A stretch of DNA of 64,000 nucleotides from assembly GCA_040400605.1 (NCBI GenBank), contig JBBAPZ010000004.1, positions 144,821 to 208,820 of the forward strand, read 5' to 3'. Numbering within the stretch: position 1 is the stretch's first letter; each line of letters begins with the position of its first letter. Of this stretch, positions 29,167-39,972 are shown piece after piece. Position numbers and translations under genes: made by a program. This DNA is from Candidatus Sericytochromatia bacterium (lineage in GTDB: Bacteria; Cyanobacteriota; Sericytochromatia; S15B-MN24; JAQBPE01). The notes beneath the pieces are model-generated. The model was not told where the DNA came from. It worked only from the letters and a program-made list of their open reading frames with translations, and ran no database searches.

Positions 29167-31434
29167 TCACCCTTCGATCAGCACTTTGATCGGGCCACCG
29201 CTCTTGCTCATGACACGCGCGCTCGTCACGCCTGATGCTTGCACAAATTGAAGATCCAAGGTGCTGTCGCCCACTCGTAGACCGTTCAGGTTCAAGCGAT
29301 TCAGCCAATTTGGCAGTGTTGGCTTTTTGATGATCAACTGCCGCTTCGCGGCATCAGGACACAAACCCAAGATACTTTGCAACAGCAGAAAGCTCGCGCC
29401 TGACGCCCACGCTTGTGGTGCACAGGCGACTGGGTAGGGCACGGGCCGATCCAGTTCACCACTTCTTGGAAAGCCGCAGAACAGCTCGGGCAAGCGGTAA
29501 TAGGGGAACTGAAGGGCCGCTTGATACAGCGATTCCATGAGGCACAACGCCTCATAAACGTAACCGTGCTGGGAGAGGCCTTTTGCAATGAGACTGTTGT
29601 CGTGTGGCCAAACCGAGCCGTTGTGGTAAGACAAGGGGTTATAGGGGGGCATCGCTGCACTCATGGTCCGGATGCCCCAACCGCTGAACATATCGGGGCC
29701 CAGCAATTGTGCAACAAGGGTACGCACGCGCTCCGGCGCGATAATACCGCTCCACAGGCAGTGTCCCACGTTGGAGCCAAGGGTTTTGATGGGGCGTTTG
29801 TTACCATCGAGTGCCAAGGCGTAAAAGTTGTGATCTGGCAGCCAAAAGGTTTCATTAAAGGCTTGTTTGAGGGCCTCGGCTTCACGGAGCAGGCGATCGC
29901 CCATCACCCGCAGGTCCAATACGTCGCATAATTCGGCCATGCGCCGCTTGGCATCATAAACGTACCCTTGGACTTCAATCACGGCGACCGGTGGTCGCGC
30001 GATCGCAAAGTCGGGCCCGATATTGCTCTTGACTGAGTCTTTCCAGCAATGATTCAGCAAACCCAGTTTGGAACGCGTCGCATACTCCAAAAAACCATCG
30101 CCATCTTGATCCCCATAGGCATCAATCCACATGAGTGCCTGTTCAATGGCTTCCCACAGTTCTTTGACGAATGCCAGATCACCCGTCCATCGGTAGGTCT
30201 CGGAGACCAGGATCAAAAACAACGGTGTGGCATCGATGGTACCAAAGTAGGGTGAATGGGGCACCTCGCGCAGTTGTGCGAGTTCCCCGAAACGCACTTC
30301 ATGCAAAATTTTGCCGGGTTCTTCGTCCCGAAAATCATCGAGGTTTCGACCTTGCCTGTGTGCCAGGTAACGCAAGGTGCCCTTGGCCAGTTCAGGGCCG
30401 AGCAACAAACTTTGATAGGCGGTGATCAATGCATCTCGACCGAATGGACAGGCGTACCAAGGGATCCCTGCCATCACGTAGGGACCGGTATCCGGCAAAA
30501 CGGCCGTCAAGCAGTCCAGATCCGTCAGGCTGCGCTGCAAGACCAGGTTGTAAATTTCGTTGTCACTCACCAGGTGGGTATACGTCTCGCGCCGGCGCGT
30601 CTGGTCACATGAAAGGCGCTGGCTCAAGGATCGAAACAAAGGTCTGGAAGCCTCTTGCGCTGCCACCTCCTCATCCCCCTGCAACGTCAACACCCAGAAT
30701 TCAAGGGCTGCCTGCCCGCCTCCTGCACCCACGTGAAGGCGAAACACCACTTCCGCGCCGGTAAAACCTGCTCCTTCCGCAATAACCAGCGTTTCAGGAT
30801 TACGGTCAAACCCGATGCGTGTCTGTCGCAAGGCGCCGTCCAATCCCAGATAGCCCAAGACGACGCGCTGTGCGTCGAGAACGACGGGCTGAAACTCGCC
30901 CCGCTTGGGCCGTTGTCCGCCCCGGACTTCAAACATGTCCGCAAAGTCAGCCGTGAACGTCAGTTTCAGCGACAAACTCAGCGGAAAAGGGTTGTAATTA
31001 ACCAATACCAACCGCTCGCAGATACGTTCGGCAATCAAGCGACTGCATGATAAATGCAGGCTCTCCTGTGGAACCAAGGTACCGTCATCCAAAATCAAAT
31101 GCCCGTTCATGAATTCAACCTGAGACAGGTAGTTCTTCTCGGTGGATGACGACAACAGGGTCAAATTCGAATGTTCCAGTTGCATCAACCAACCATTCAA
31201 ATGGCGCGTATCTGACCGATACAGACCCGTGCCGCAATGACAATCGCGATACAGGCGACCGTCGAGATCCGATACCACAAACAACCAATCTTGCTTGATG
31301 ACCTGTCGACCGTGACGACAAGATTCCAATAACGCCGGCAAGCCGCCCTGCAAGAGCTTGTCCAGTCCGCCACCGGGGTCGTCCGCACGATGGCCCAAGC
31401 CGGCATCGTCAGAGCCTGTCGCGCCACTATCCAC
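29167..31434 (-). CDS. Amylo-alpha-1,6-glucosidase / glycogen-debranching-enzyme-like hydrolase
   Basis: GLY..DTRHL, ADFADMFEVRG, AGIPWY..FGRD, EEPGKILHE, YFGTIDATPLF, WKDS, YNPLSYHNGSVWPHDN, RLPELFCG. GGGAGGG precedes GTG 31434. Confidence 0.93.
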   Translation of the reverse strand: MDSGATGSDDAGLGHRADDPGGGLDKLLQGGLPALLESCRHGRQVIKQDWLFVVSDLDGRLYRDCHCGTGLYRSDTRHLNGWLMQLEHSNLTLLSSSTEKNYLSQVEFMNGHLILDDGTLVPQESLHLSCSRLIAERICERLVLVNYNPFPLSLSLKLTFTADFADMFEVRGGQRPKRGEFQPVVLDAQRVVLGYLGLDGALRQTRIGFDRNPETLVIAEGAGFTGAEVVFRLHVGAGGGQAALEFWVLTLQGDEEVAAQEASRPLFRSLSQRLSCDQTRRRETYTHLVSDNEIYNLVLQRSLTDLDCLTAVLPDTGPYVMAGIPWYACPFGRDALITAYQSLLLGPELAKGTLRYLAHRQGRNLDDFRDEEPGKILHEVRFGELAQLREVPHSPYFGTIDATPLFLILVSETYRWTGDLAFVKELWEAIEQALMWIDAYGDQDGDGFLEYATRSKLGLLNHCWKDSVKSNIGPDFAIARPPVAVIEVQGYVYDAKRRMAELCDVLDLRVMGDRLLREAEALKQAFNETFWLPDHNFYALALDGNKRPIKTLGSNVGHCLWSGIIAPERVRTLVAQLLGPDMFSGWGIRTMSAAMPPYNPLSYHNGSVWPHDNSLIAKGLSQHGYVYEALCLMESLYQAALQFPYYRLPELFCGFPRSGELDRPVPYPVACAPQAWASGASFLLLQSILGLCPDAAKRQLIIKKPTLPNWLNRLNLNGLRVGDSTLDLQFVQASGVTSARVMSKSGGPIKVLIEG

Positions 31435-31567
31435 ACGCCAACCCTCCCGATCACCATCCGCATTTGCGCATCCTAATCGGGACTGCAATCATTTGACAAC
31501 ACTGGCTTTTATGCTCAGACACGCTCGAAGGCACCAAGTCCGCTTGACCGCCCCTTGGTTTCAAACC

Positions 31568-31678
31568 GCCATCCGGTGACACATCGGCTCTATTCAAAAA
31601 TTGTGTGGCAAACTCAAAACATCAGGCCTAGACGTGTTGCCCTTCACCAACAGCCAAAACTTGATCACCAATCAGCGC
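31568..31678 (+). repeat. Dispersed intergenic repeat, family A
   Basis: ...TTCAAAAATTGTGTGGCAAACTCAAAACATCAGGCC...CCAACAGCCAAAACTTGATCACCAATCA. Confidence 0.8.
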
Positions 31679-31754
31679 CTGCCAGCGTGGGTATACTGCA
31701 AACACCTTGCTCCGGTTGTTTGGGTGGTGGCTCGTCCCACAGTTGGTGCCCGTT

Positions 31755-32942
31755 TCAATCCGTGAGAAACGCTGTAAACACCTCGTTGGCAAGGGGCAAG
31801 CCCGCCGGGCTCAAGACCAGGTGTTCGCCACGCCATTCAAGCAAGCCGCGGTCGATGTAACGGGCAATGACGGAACCGTAGCGGGTTTGCAGTTCAATCC
31901 CGAAGCGCTGCGCAAAGCGGGAGGTGCTGACGCCTTCGCGTGTCATCCGCAGTCCCAAAAACATGACATCTTCCATTTCTTCATCCACGGACTGCGGCGC
32001 GGGTTGCTTGGGCGGATCCCCAGCCTGAATCGCTTGAACATACTGGGTGATGGTTGCCGGATTGGACCAACGAATGCGGTTAAGGTAGCTATGTGCGCCT
32101 GAACCCAAGCCCAGCCACGGTTCATTAAACCAGTACACCTGATTGTGCCGGCTTTCGTGACCTGGCAGCGCCCAGTTGGAGATTTCGTACTGGCAGTAGC
32201 CCTGGGCTGTCAGCATGTCGTGGGCGAGACCCGCCATCTCCTGTTCCAATTCATCGGTTGGCAGGTGCAAACGTCCCTGTCTTTGCCACGCTTCAAAAGG
32301 CGTGTGCGGTTCGACAATCAGGCTGTAGGCTGACAGGTGGGGCACGCCCAAGGCGATCGCCCGTTCCAGCGTGGTACGCCACTGCGCAAGCGTCTGACCG
32401 GGCAGGCCATACATGAGGTCAATGCTGCCATTGGTAAAGCCAGCCTGCTGGAAAGCCGCCACCGCACGCGTGACATCCCCTGAGCGATGGATGCGCCCCA
32501 AGGTCTCAAGCAAGCCATCATCAAAGGACTGCACCCCCAAACTGATCCGGTTGATGCCCATCAAGCGATACGCAGCCCAAGCACTCGTATCACTGCTGTC
32601 ATGCAGGCGTTCATGACCCGGATTGGCCTCCATCGTCACTTCGATGCCGTCCTCCCAGTCGAAACGCTCCCGTAAGGCATCCATGACGGCCTGCATCCAT
32701 TCCTGCGGCAGATAAGAGGGGGTCCCGCCGCCCAGAAAAATGCTGCGCACTTTCAAACGAGGAGCCGCCAGAATCTCCTCCAGCAAGGCATCCTTGTAAG
32801 CAGCCATGAGATGATCCTGTCCCGCATAGGACGGAAAATCACAGTAATGGCACTTTCGAGCACAGAATGGAAAGTGGACATAAAGGCCCACCGCCGGAAA
32901 CAGCTCGGTGTGGTTCGGTACACTGGAAGCAGCAACAATCAT
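31755..32942 (-). CDS. hemW: Radical SAM heme chaperone HemW (HemN-like)
   Basis: LYVHFPFCARKCHYCDF (CxxxCxxC), GGGTPS, SLGVQSF, YEISN and HNQVYW (HNxxYW, typical of HemW). Confidence 0.9.
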   Translation of the reverse strand: MIVAASSVPNHTELFPAVGLYVHFPFCARKCHYCDFPSYAGQDHLMAAYKDALLEEILAAPRLKVRSIFLGGGTPSYLPQEWMQAVMDALRERFDWEDGIEVTMEANPGHERLHDSSDTSAWAAYRLMGINRISLGVQSFDDGLLETLGRIHRSGDVTRAVAAFQQAGFTNGSIDLMYGLPGQTLAQWRTTLERAIALGVPHLSAYSLIVEPHTPFEAWQRQGRLHLPTDELEQEMAGLAHDMLTAQGYCQYEISNWALPGHESRHNQVYWFNEPWLGLGSGAHSYLNRIRWSNPATITQYVQAIQAGDPPKQPAPQSVDEEMEDVMFLGLRMTREGVSTSRFAQRFGIELQTRYGSVIARYIDRGLLEWRGEHLVLSPAGLPLANEVFTAFLTD

Positions 32943-33016
32943 GAAACCATTTTAACCCCTTTATGCCATCAAAGGGACGCCTGAATGCGATTCTGGCAAC
33001 CCTTTGTCCCTAGTTG

Positions 33017-33961
33017 TCAGTACCTTCCCGGTGCAACCTCCTGCAATTCCACCAATGGCAAGAAATGCTGCACGTCTGCCAGGTGCGCGAGTTCGGTGCC
33101 GACGGCAGCGGCGCAGGCCGTGCCACTGGCAATGCCCCAACGCAGGGCTTCTTCGAGTGCCGCGCCTTGGGTGTAACGGTGCAGAAACCCTGCTACGAGC
33201 GAATCACCGGCACCGACAGTTGATCGGGCCTCGATGCGGGGTGGGATGCCGACCCAGCGTGTTTGAGCAGTGGCTGCGATGACCGATTTGGCACCGTTGC
33301 TGAGGATGATCAACTCAACTTGTTTGGAAGCGAGAATCTCATCAAGAGCGCGGTGAACGGCAGCATCATCCGGCAAGGGCTGATTCACCATGCGTTGCAG
33401 TTCATGAAGGTTCGGTTTGATCATGAAGGGATGGGCCTTGAGCCCTTCGCGCAGGGCCTCGCCGTCGGCGTCAAGCACCACGCGATCCTGGCGAAGGGTG
33501 GCTTCCTGGGCCAATTCGCGGTAAGCCCCCGCACCCAGTCCAGGCGGAATGGAGCCTGAGAAGACGATCCACTCAAAGTTGTGAGTTTGGCCAGAAATCT
33601 TGCGTTTGAGCCGGTGGAATTCATCTTGTGAAACGGTTGGACCACTGAGGCTGATTTTGGTCTGAACGCCGCTGCGGTTGGAAATGATGAGGTTTTCGCG
33701 CGTTTCGCCAGCAATCCAGTTAAAATCGCCTTGCAAGCCCTCATCTTGGAGGTAGCGGGCAATGCGCTCGCCCGTTGCACCGCCCAGAAAGCCGAAAAGG
33801 AGCGATCGCTCCGCAAACTCCCACAGCACCCGCGAGACATTCAAACCCTTGCCACCCGGGTCGAAGCGATGATCCAGCGCCCGATTGGTGTCATCCACCA
33901 CCAGATCGTCCACATAAATGGTTTTATCCAGCGACGGATTCAATGTTACCGTGGCGATCAC
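33017..33961 (-). CDS. 1-phosphofructokinase-family (PfkB) sugar-phosphate kinase
   Basis: TVTLNPSLD, GGKGLNVS, SGSIPPG, IKPNLHE, STVGAGDS. Confidence 0.93.
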   Translation of the reverse strand: MIATVTLNPSLDKTIYVDDLVVDDTNRALDHRFDPGGKGLNVSRVLWEFAERSLLFGFLGGATGERIARYLQDEGLQGDFNWIAGETRENLIISNRSGVQTKISLSGPTVSQDEFHRLKRKISGQTHNFEWIVFSGSIPPGLGAGAYRELAQEATLRQDRVVLDADGEALREGLKAHPFMIKPNLHELQRMVNQPLPDDAAVHRALDEILASKQVELIILSNGAKSVIAATAQTRWVGIPPRIEARSTVGAGDSLVAGFLHRYTQGAALEEALRWGIASGTACAAAVGTELAHLADVQHFLPLVELQEVAPGRY

Positions 33962-34207
33962 ACCACACCCCCTTTTTTGCCTCAGTCTTCGCCCACCCAA
34001 TATACCCGCTCAGGCGAAACAAACGCATGGTCGATACACCCATTGTTTGACACGATTGACCTGCAGGCGTTCCAGGCAAAACCGGTGCCCTATGTATTCA
34101 AACAACGCCTGCAATGGTTCAGGTTCGTCTCACGGTACTCACCTTTCATCAGAACACGTTCAAGGCTTTTTCATGATTTCACAACAACGTGCAATGCCTT
34201 TGTTCTG

Positions 34208-34321
34208 TCATCTAGTTTTGCGGATACGGTGATTAGCTTTATCAGCGACATAGATGTTCCATGCGCCGTCAACCGCCACACTACAAGCGTGATTGAATCG
34301 CGCCGCAGCGCCCGTGCCATT
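34208..34321 (-). pseudogene. Isolated NHL-repeat fragment
   Basis: Hand translation: [37 protein letters not shown]. No start codon or RBS; below the ORF-track length cutoff. Confidence 0.75.
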
Positions 34322-34633
34322 GCACCGAAAAAAATGGTGGTCGATTGTTTAGTTCTGACAACCCGTTTTTTTAGAGACTCCGTCACGCCGCAGGTTGGTA
34401 CCGAGTCGTGACATGATGCGCCAAGTTTCAACCCGTGTTGTGAGGCTTGATTGTGAATTATTCACCGACGTCCGAGGCCTTCGTCTGCATCCTGCGGCAG
34501 TGATGATGATGTGTTATGGGTCGTGAGCAGACAAACCACGCCTTGTCCACGGCAAGATGTTTGGTGACCACTAAACCTGGAGGAGTCTCCGACCACCCGC
34601 AGCTTGCGGGGCTTACGCTTGGAAATCCGTTTG

Positions 34634-36907
34634 TTAACGGGTGACGGCCCCGGGGTTGGCTGCTCCTTGCTCAGACTCGCCATGAACGCGCGCAAGTTCC
34701 GTGATGTGCCAAGCTGCCACCAAATAAGGATATTTGGATTGACTGAATTCACCAGGAACCTGAAAGCCGAGGCGTAAAATCTGCTTCGCACGCGTGATGC
34801 CCACATACAGCAAACGCAAGCGCTCCGCCACCTGTTCAGCCGCTGCCACGGCAATGGGATCCGCCGCATCTGCCGATTCAGGCTGGGCCAGGCGTTTTAG
34901 AATATGCTCCACGAGCAGGAGGCGCTGATCACTCACCCGCGCCTGCTTGAGCTCCCACGGGTAATGCCGGGACTGGTTCAATCCTGGCAACCAGACACAG
35001 TCAAACTCCAATCCTTTGGCGCTATGCAGTGTCATGATGCGAACCGGCAACGGCTCTGTTGCATCAGCATCCGGCTCATCGGTCGTTTCATCACGCGACA
35101 CACGAAATATTCGTTGGGCACTGCCCTCAAAGTTGGTCATCGCCAACTCGGTAACAACGTCCTTGAGCCGATAGTCCGGATGTTGGTGCAACATCCGCCG
35201 AACCATCATGGCGATCGCCTCGGCCACACTCAGTTGATACGGGTCACGAAAATAGCAATCAGCCACCGCCGTGATGAGGTCAACCGGAGACAGATGCCGA
35301 CGATGCAAGAGCACCCCCGCCTGCCTGACAAACTCAAGCCATGCCGCCCACACACCGGGCTCACGTGGCCATTCGTATCCGGTTATCGGGTAAAGCACAC
35401 CATCCGGGTTCAACAGTTTGCGCCAATCCACGCGCCGCTGCGTGATAAACACCAGTAGCGCGCCACGAAGGTCCTCCAGTTGCTTGTCCCAACGACTCAA
35501 GTGATGGATGCCTCGCCAGTAAGCCACAAACGCATCGACCAATGCCCGCCTGTAACCATCGGAGTCCGTGTCAATCGCCAAAAAACGCAGCACGTGCAGA
35601 ACAACTTCCGCGCACACACGCACTTCTTCATTTGACGCACCATCGGCCACAACCGGCACATCAAGAGCCAGCAATGCCTTCCGGTATGATTCAACCTGCT
35701 CATGCGTCTGAACCAAAATGGCCTGCGACAACGGACGACCATCTGGCCGGAAGGCCTGCGCCTGTGCGACCCCCTTGGCGATCGCCTGGATTTCATCATC
35801 CTTGGTCCCTTCAGTGGGCAACCACTTCACGGCGCCACGCCGCGACACGGGATTGGAACCATCTGCCGCCACTTCAATCAAATGTGCGCGAAATGCGTTT
35901 TGGCGCACATGCTCATCCGGGTGTGAACGCGCCACCAGCGTGACCAAACCGTTCGCAAGATCCAAAATCGACTGACAACTGCGCGACGACTCGGTCATCG
36001 AAATCATCGGCACCGTTTCACAAAATTCGCGAAAATAACGCGGATCATTCATCGTGAACGACGCATAAATCGATTGGTTGGCATCCCCAACCCGCACCAA
36101 ATTGCCGTGGCGCGCCACGATCTGATCAATCAGGCGCTTCTGCCCAGGCGTTGAATCTTGCGCCTCATCCTCCAACACATAACGGTAACAATCCTGCAAA
36201 CGCCCCAGCACGCCAGCGTCACGGCTCAGCAATACATTCACCATCAAGACAAGTTCGTCATAATCCAAGGCACCCCGCCGCCGACGCTCCGCTTCATAGT
36301 GCGTGATCATGGCCGGCACCTCCGATAAACCGTGCTGGTTCAACGCCTCACACACCTCTACTTGAGACAGCATCAGATTCTTCATGACGGCCAACGCTTT
36401 AAGTGCCACCAGGCGTGAACGTTCCATCGCTTTTAATGTGGGGTCAATCGCCTCAGGAGCGTCCGCATCCAGGCCCGCACGCACGCGCCAGTCACGCCGA
36501 TTGACCGGATCAGCCAGATACCCATTCAAAGCCTGCTGCAAAATTGCCTCGCGCTCGCGTTCCTGCAACACCTCGAAACCTGGTAGAAGCCCGATCCGCG
36601 CCCCATAGCGCGTCAACACCTCGTGGCAAAAGCTATGAATGGTCACAGCCTTGATACCATGTGATGGAATCCCATCCGCTTCGAGTGCACGGCGAATCCG
36701 TTCACGGATATTGGTTGCAGCCGACCGTGTGTAGGTAAGAATCAACAGTTGGCCAGGTCGTGCACCCAAGTCCTTGATGAGCCGTGTTGCAAGCATCACA
36801 AGCGCCGTCGTTTTACCCGCACCAGGCACCGCGGCAACCGCCAAGGCGCCCCCTGTATACTCAAGTATCGCTTGTTGTGCCCGTCGCGGCTGCATGGCCA
36901 TCATCAC
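34634..36907 (-). CDS. UvrD/Rep-type SF1A ATP-dependent DNA helicase
   Basis: AVPGAGKT (motif I), LTYT..AA (Ia), TIHSF, LEDEAQD (II), VGDANQSIY (III), SR (IV), MTLHSAKGLEFD (V), RLLYVGITRA (VI). Confidence 0.95.
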   Translation of the reverse strand: MMMAMQPRRAQQAILEYTGGALAVAAVPGAGKTTALVMLATRLIKDLGARPGQLLILTYTRSAATNIRERIRRALEADGIPSHGIKAVTIHSFCHEVLTRYGARIGLLPGFEVLQEREREAILQQALNGYLADPVNRRDWRVRAGLDADAPEAIDPTLKAMERSRLVALKALAVMKNLMLSQVEVCEALNQHGLSEVPAMITHYEAERRRRGALDYDELVLMVNVLLSRDAGVLGRLQDCYRYVLEDEAQDSTPGQKRLIDQIVARHGNLVRVGDANQSIYASFTMNDPRYFREFCETVPMISMTESSRSCQSILDLANGLVTLVARSHPDEHVRQNAFRAHLIEVAADGSNPVSRRGAVKWLPTEGTKDDEIQAIAKGVAQAQAFRPDGRPLSQAILVQTHEQVESYRKALLALDVPVVADGASNEEVRVCAEVVLHVLRFLAIDTDSDGYRRALVDAFVAYWRGIHHLSRWDKQLEDLRGALLVFITQRRVDWRKLLNPDGVLYPITGYEWPREPGVWAAWLEFVRQAGVLLHRRHLSPVDLITAVADCYFRDPYQLSVAEAIAMMVRRMLHQHPDYRLKDVVTELAMTNFEGSAQRIFRVSRDETTDEPDADATEPLPVRIMTLHSAKGLEFDCVWLPGLNQSRHYPWELKQARVSDQRLLLVEHILKRLAQPESADAADPIAVAAAEQVAERLRLLYVGITRAKQILRLGFQVPGEFSQSKYPYLVAAWHITELARVHGESEQGAANPGAVTR

Positions 36908-36913
36908 CTCAAC

Positions 36914-37750
36914 TCACAACGAGACCGGCTCATCGTCGAATTCGTACTCTGGTAACAACGCCAGGTAATCATCCGGGCCCACCTCGGGAACATCGTCGTC
37001 CGCTACCTGCTCTTCAATGCGCATGTCAGCCAGATGACACAACGAATAGAAACGACAAGGCGCAGGCTTTAAACACCGCTGACCCTGCTTGCCCGTCGGC
37101 TCGTATCCGGACCGCGCCATCGACGCCATTACCCGCAGCAAATTCGACCGAACCCCCTCATGTCGCTCACTGTCATGCTGGATGACGACTTCCTGTCCGT
37201 GCTCAACATAGTAAAAGACCATTTTGATGGCCTCCGGTGCGATCGCCACCCCCCCGTTCAGCGCGCTACCCACCTCAGCCAAAACAAAAGGGTACAACAA
37301 CGCTTGCCAATCATCTGCCAGAACGCGCGCATCAGGTAACCGTTCACTCGTTTTCCAATCCACAATCACAAACTCGGAACCACGCTGAATCACGCGATCA
37401 AACGTCGCACGAACAACCATATCCCCCACCGAAGCGCTCAAGTGCAGCTCGGAATGGACAGGTCCGTCCAGCGCCGCATATGCACTGGCTCGATAACGTT
37501 CAAACCACCGCCGCAAATCCGGATCCGTACGCGCCAACGATCGCGGATCAAGCCCCAGCGCATGTTGGTGAATCAGGTGGTGCAATTGTGTGCCCAGAGA
37601 CGTTCGCCGTTCGCTCAATTGCGGGTCCGTGCCTTGCGGCCCCGGCCAGGGCATCGGATGAATGTAAGTAAACGCGAACAGCCGCTCGCAACGATCCCAC
37701 GCGCGCAAACCCGTCGCCGACAATACCAAGGCATGCGATTCACCCGTCAC
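36914..37750 (-). CDS. Stand-alone PD-(D/E)XK nuclease (RecB/AddB/Cas4-like) with a putative Fe-S cluster
   Basis: LSAT...C(21), GTQLH, E..., TFDRV, IVDWKT, QALLY, and C-terminal C-x5-C-x5-C. Confidence 0.9.
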   Translation of the reverse strand: MTGESHALVLSATGLRAWDRCERLFAFTYIHPMPWPGPQGTDPQLSERRTSLGTQLHHLIHQHALGLDPRSLARTDPDLRRWFERYRASAYAALDGPVHSELHLSASVGDMVVRATFDRVIQRGSEFVIVDWKTSERLPDARVLADDWQALLYPFVLAEVGSALNGGVAIAPEAIKMVFYYVEHGQEVVIQHDSERHEGVRSNLLRVMASMARSGYEPTGKQGQRCLKPAPCRFYSLCHLADMRIEEQVADDDVPEVGPDDYLALLPEYEFDDEPVSL

Positions 37751-39885
37751 AGCGAGACCTCCGTGGCAGTCCCATTGGCGATCGCCCGGGTGGCGTGCGC
37801 AAACTCAGCGAACCAACCCAACAACTCACCCGACAACTCCGCCCCATCCGACCCGTGATCGGATGCGAACACATCCAGCCCAACGCGACACTTCGACACG
37901 ATTGCTCTCAGCGTACGTCCCAGTTTTAACGCCTGATCACGCTGATCATGGTCTTCTGTGTACATCCCTTCATCCCAATTGCGCGACAACACCCGCGGAT
38001 TGATAAACTCGCGGATATCCGACTTCCACCACAAAGGCGACGCCACATCCACCCACAATTGATGAGCGACTGGCGCGCCCTCTTCGGCATATTTGGCTGC
38101 CGTGTACAGCGTTACTGCCGCAGGCAAACTGCCACGCGGAATCAACGGACGTTCGGCCAGTTCTCCCGCATAAATGGATCGTAGAAAACGTTTGGGATCC
38201 CCCGCGCTGCCCTCCCCCAAAGCCGCCATCAAATGACGATGGGTGCGCGCATTCTGGATCAATTGATCGATCTGCAACACATCCATCGCCACATCCGCTG
38301 ACTTCAAGCTCCCAGCTTCCCCTTTCACGCCATCCGGCGCCAAACCAAGCAGACATCGAGGGGCATACACCTGCGCGAATGCCTGCTCCAACAGCACATC
38401 CAATGGCGCTTCGCTTTCGCACATCTGCTTGACCCACCCGTAAAGACCGTCATACGACGCCCGTCGGTTCTCAAGCAAACGCGGCCAATTCACCGTATCC
38501 GCGACGTTCAGTTGCCCATCCTGATAAACACCCCGCTGCACGTGCGGCGATTCCAAAGGATGCAGATTCAACAACGTTTCAAGCATCTCCGTGACATCCG
38601 CTTCTGGCGGCGGCATCTGCCATTGGGGGCGTGCCAGACGAACCAGCGTCGTCAACACCCGGACGGGCCGGTGATCCACCACACGATTCGTTCCAGTCAA
38701 CACCCTTAAGGGCAAACCATCCTGGGCCAGCCCCTCGCGCAAATGCCAAAGTAACAAAGGGTCCACCATCGGCGCGATCACCACGATTTGCTGCGACGGA
38801 ACACCCTGCGCCACCAGCGCGCGAACCCGTGCGATCAGTACATCGAACATCTGCACCCGCAACACACAAGACGGATGCAAACTTAAAATCGACCGTTTCC
38901 CACTCGGATTGACCGAAGCCGCCGCTTCATCCACCGCCCGCGCATACAGGTAATCAGCAAGGCTCGCAGCCGGCAAAGCGGCTTCTGAAATCATCAAGTA
39001 ACGTTCTTCAAAGCCCTGACTCAATGCCCGCGCACCCACCGGATCACCACCCAAATACTCCCGCAAGCCACCAAGCGGATTGCAAGCCACCAACACACTC
39101 CGTGCCTTTTTACTCACGTGATCAATCACCCGCAACGCGACCGGACAGCACTCTTCAAAATCATCCACCAAAACGTGCTGGGTATGCGCCGCCAAACGCT
39201 GCAAGTAACCACGATGATTCAGTAAAGCCAACGTAAACAATTCGAGCTGCAAGGCATGATCCAACACCCGATAAGTCATGCAACGCGAGCGGTAAGCCGC
39301 AATCGCTTCAGCAATATACACATGGAATGCCTGCGACTGCGGCCCCGCATCATGACAGGCGTTTAAACGGGGCAACACCGTGTCATACGGCAGACCGTGC
39401 TCGATCACCCGCGCATACGCATCCAATACCTGGACCCGCCGCATCGCAGGCGCTGTAAAACTTTCGGCAAGAACATCGTGTTTTGGGTCAATCTCCGCGC
39501 AGCAATCAGACAAAATATGTTGCGCAGCCATCAAACCAATAAAAAACGGCCTCGCTTGCGGCGGTTTGCCTGGTAATACACCACTGCTTTCAACCAACGC
39601 CCAGTTTTGCATTAACTCTTGCCGAACCCACGAACGAAATGTCATCACGGTCGCGTTAACACCCCGGTGATTCCAATCGCGAATGACCTGTTGCCAATGC
39701 TGTACCGCCTGCTGGTTCGACACCCACACCACTACGCCAGTTGGAAATTCTCCAGACTGTAACAACTGCCGAAAACGCATCAACAGCACGCCGGTCTTGC
39801 CACTGCCTGGCGGCCCGTTCAAAACCCTGGGAGGATGCGACAAATCAGTGCTCCACCCATCTAACACGCCGTCAGCCCCACTCAC
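37747..39885 (-). CDS. Degenerate SF1-helicase-like protein (AddB/RecC-like scaffold, no nuclease domain)
   Basis: Walker A GPPGSGKT and Walker-B-like VLVDDFEE, plus IVVIAP; motifs III, V and VI are not recognisable. GTGA overlap with the nuclease gene. Confidence 0.75.
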   Translation of the reverse strand: MSGADGVLDGWSTDLSHPPRVLNGPPGSGKTGVLLMRFRQLLQSGEFPTGVVVWVSNQQAVQHWQQVIRDWNHRGVNATVMTFRSWVRQELMQNWALVESSGVLPGKPPQARPFFIGLMAAQHILSDCCAEIDPKHDVLAESFTAPAMRRVQVLDAYARVIEHGLPYDTVLPRLNACHDAGPQSQAFHVYIAEAIAAYRSRCMTYRVLDHALQLELFTLALLNHRGYLQRLAAHTQHVLVDDFEECCPVALRVIDHVSKKARSVLVACNPLGGLREYLGGDPVGARALSQGFEERYLMISEAALPAASLADYLYARAVDEAAASVNPSGKRSILSLHPSCVLRVQMFDVLIARVRALVAQGVPSQQIVVIAPMVDPLLLWHLREGLAQDGLPLRVLTGTNRVVDHRPVRVLTTLVRLARPQWQMPPPEADVTEMLETLLNLHPLESPHVQRGVYQDGQLNVADTVNWPRLLENRRASYDGLYGWVKQMCESEAPLDVLLEQAFAQVYAPRCLLGLAPDGVKGEAGSLKSADVAMDVLQIDQLIQNARTHRHLMAALGEGSAGDPKRFLRSIYAGELAERPLIPRGSLPAAVTLYTAAKYAEEGAPVAHQLWVDVASPLWWKSDIREFINPRVLSRNWDEGMYTEDHDQRDQALKLGRTLRAIVSKCRVGLDVFASDHGSDGAELSGELLGWFAEFAHATRAIANGTATEVSL

Positions 39886-39972
39886 GGTCGCACCGCCGCC
39901 CCAACTCTGAGCGCTACCCCGACAACCTGCCCAAGCGACCCGGTACGGAGGAAAAAGCCTGCTCTAAAAACC

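Noticed and set aside
36914..37750. Cas4 / CRISPR-Cas interpretation of the Fe-S nuclease
   Set aside because: There is no cas1 or cas2 and no regularly spaced repeat array in the window; the context is helicases and recJ.
34634..39885. Gabija-type defence call for the UvrD-like genes
   Set aside because: No OLD-family ATPase/TOPRIM (GajA) partner is present; the nuclease is RecB-like.
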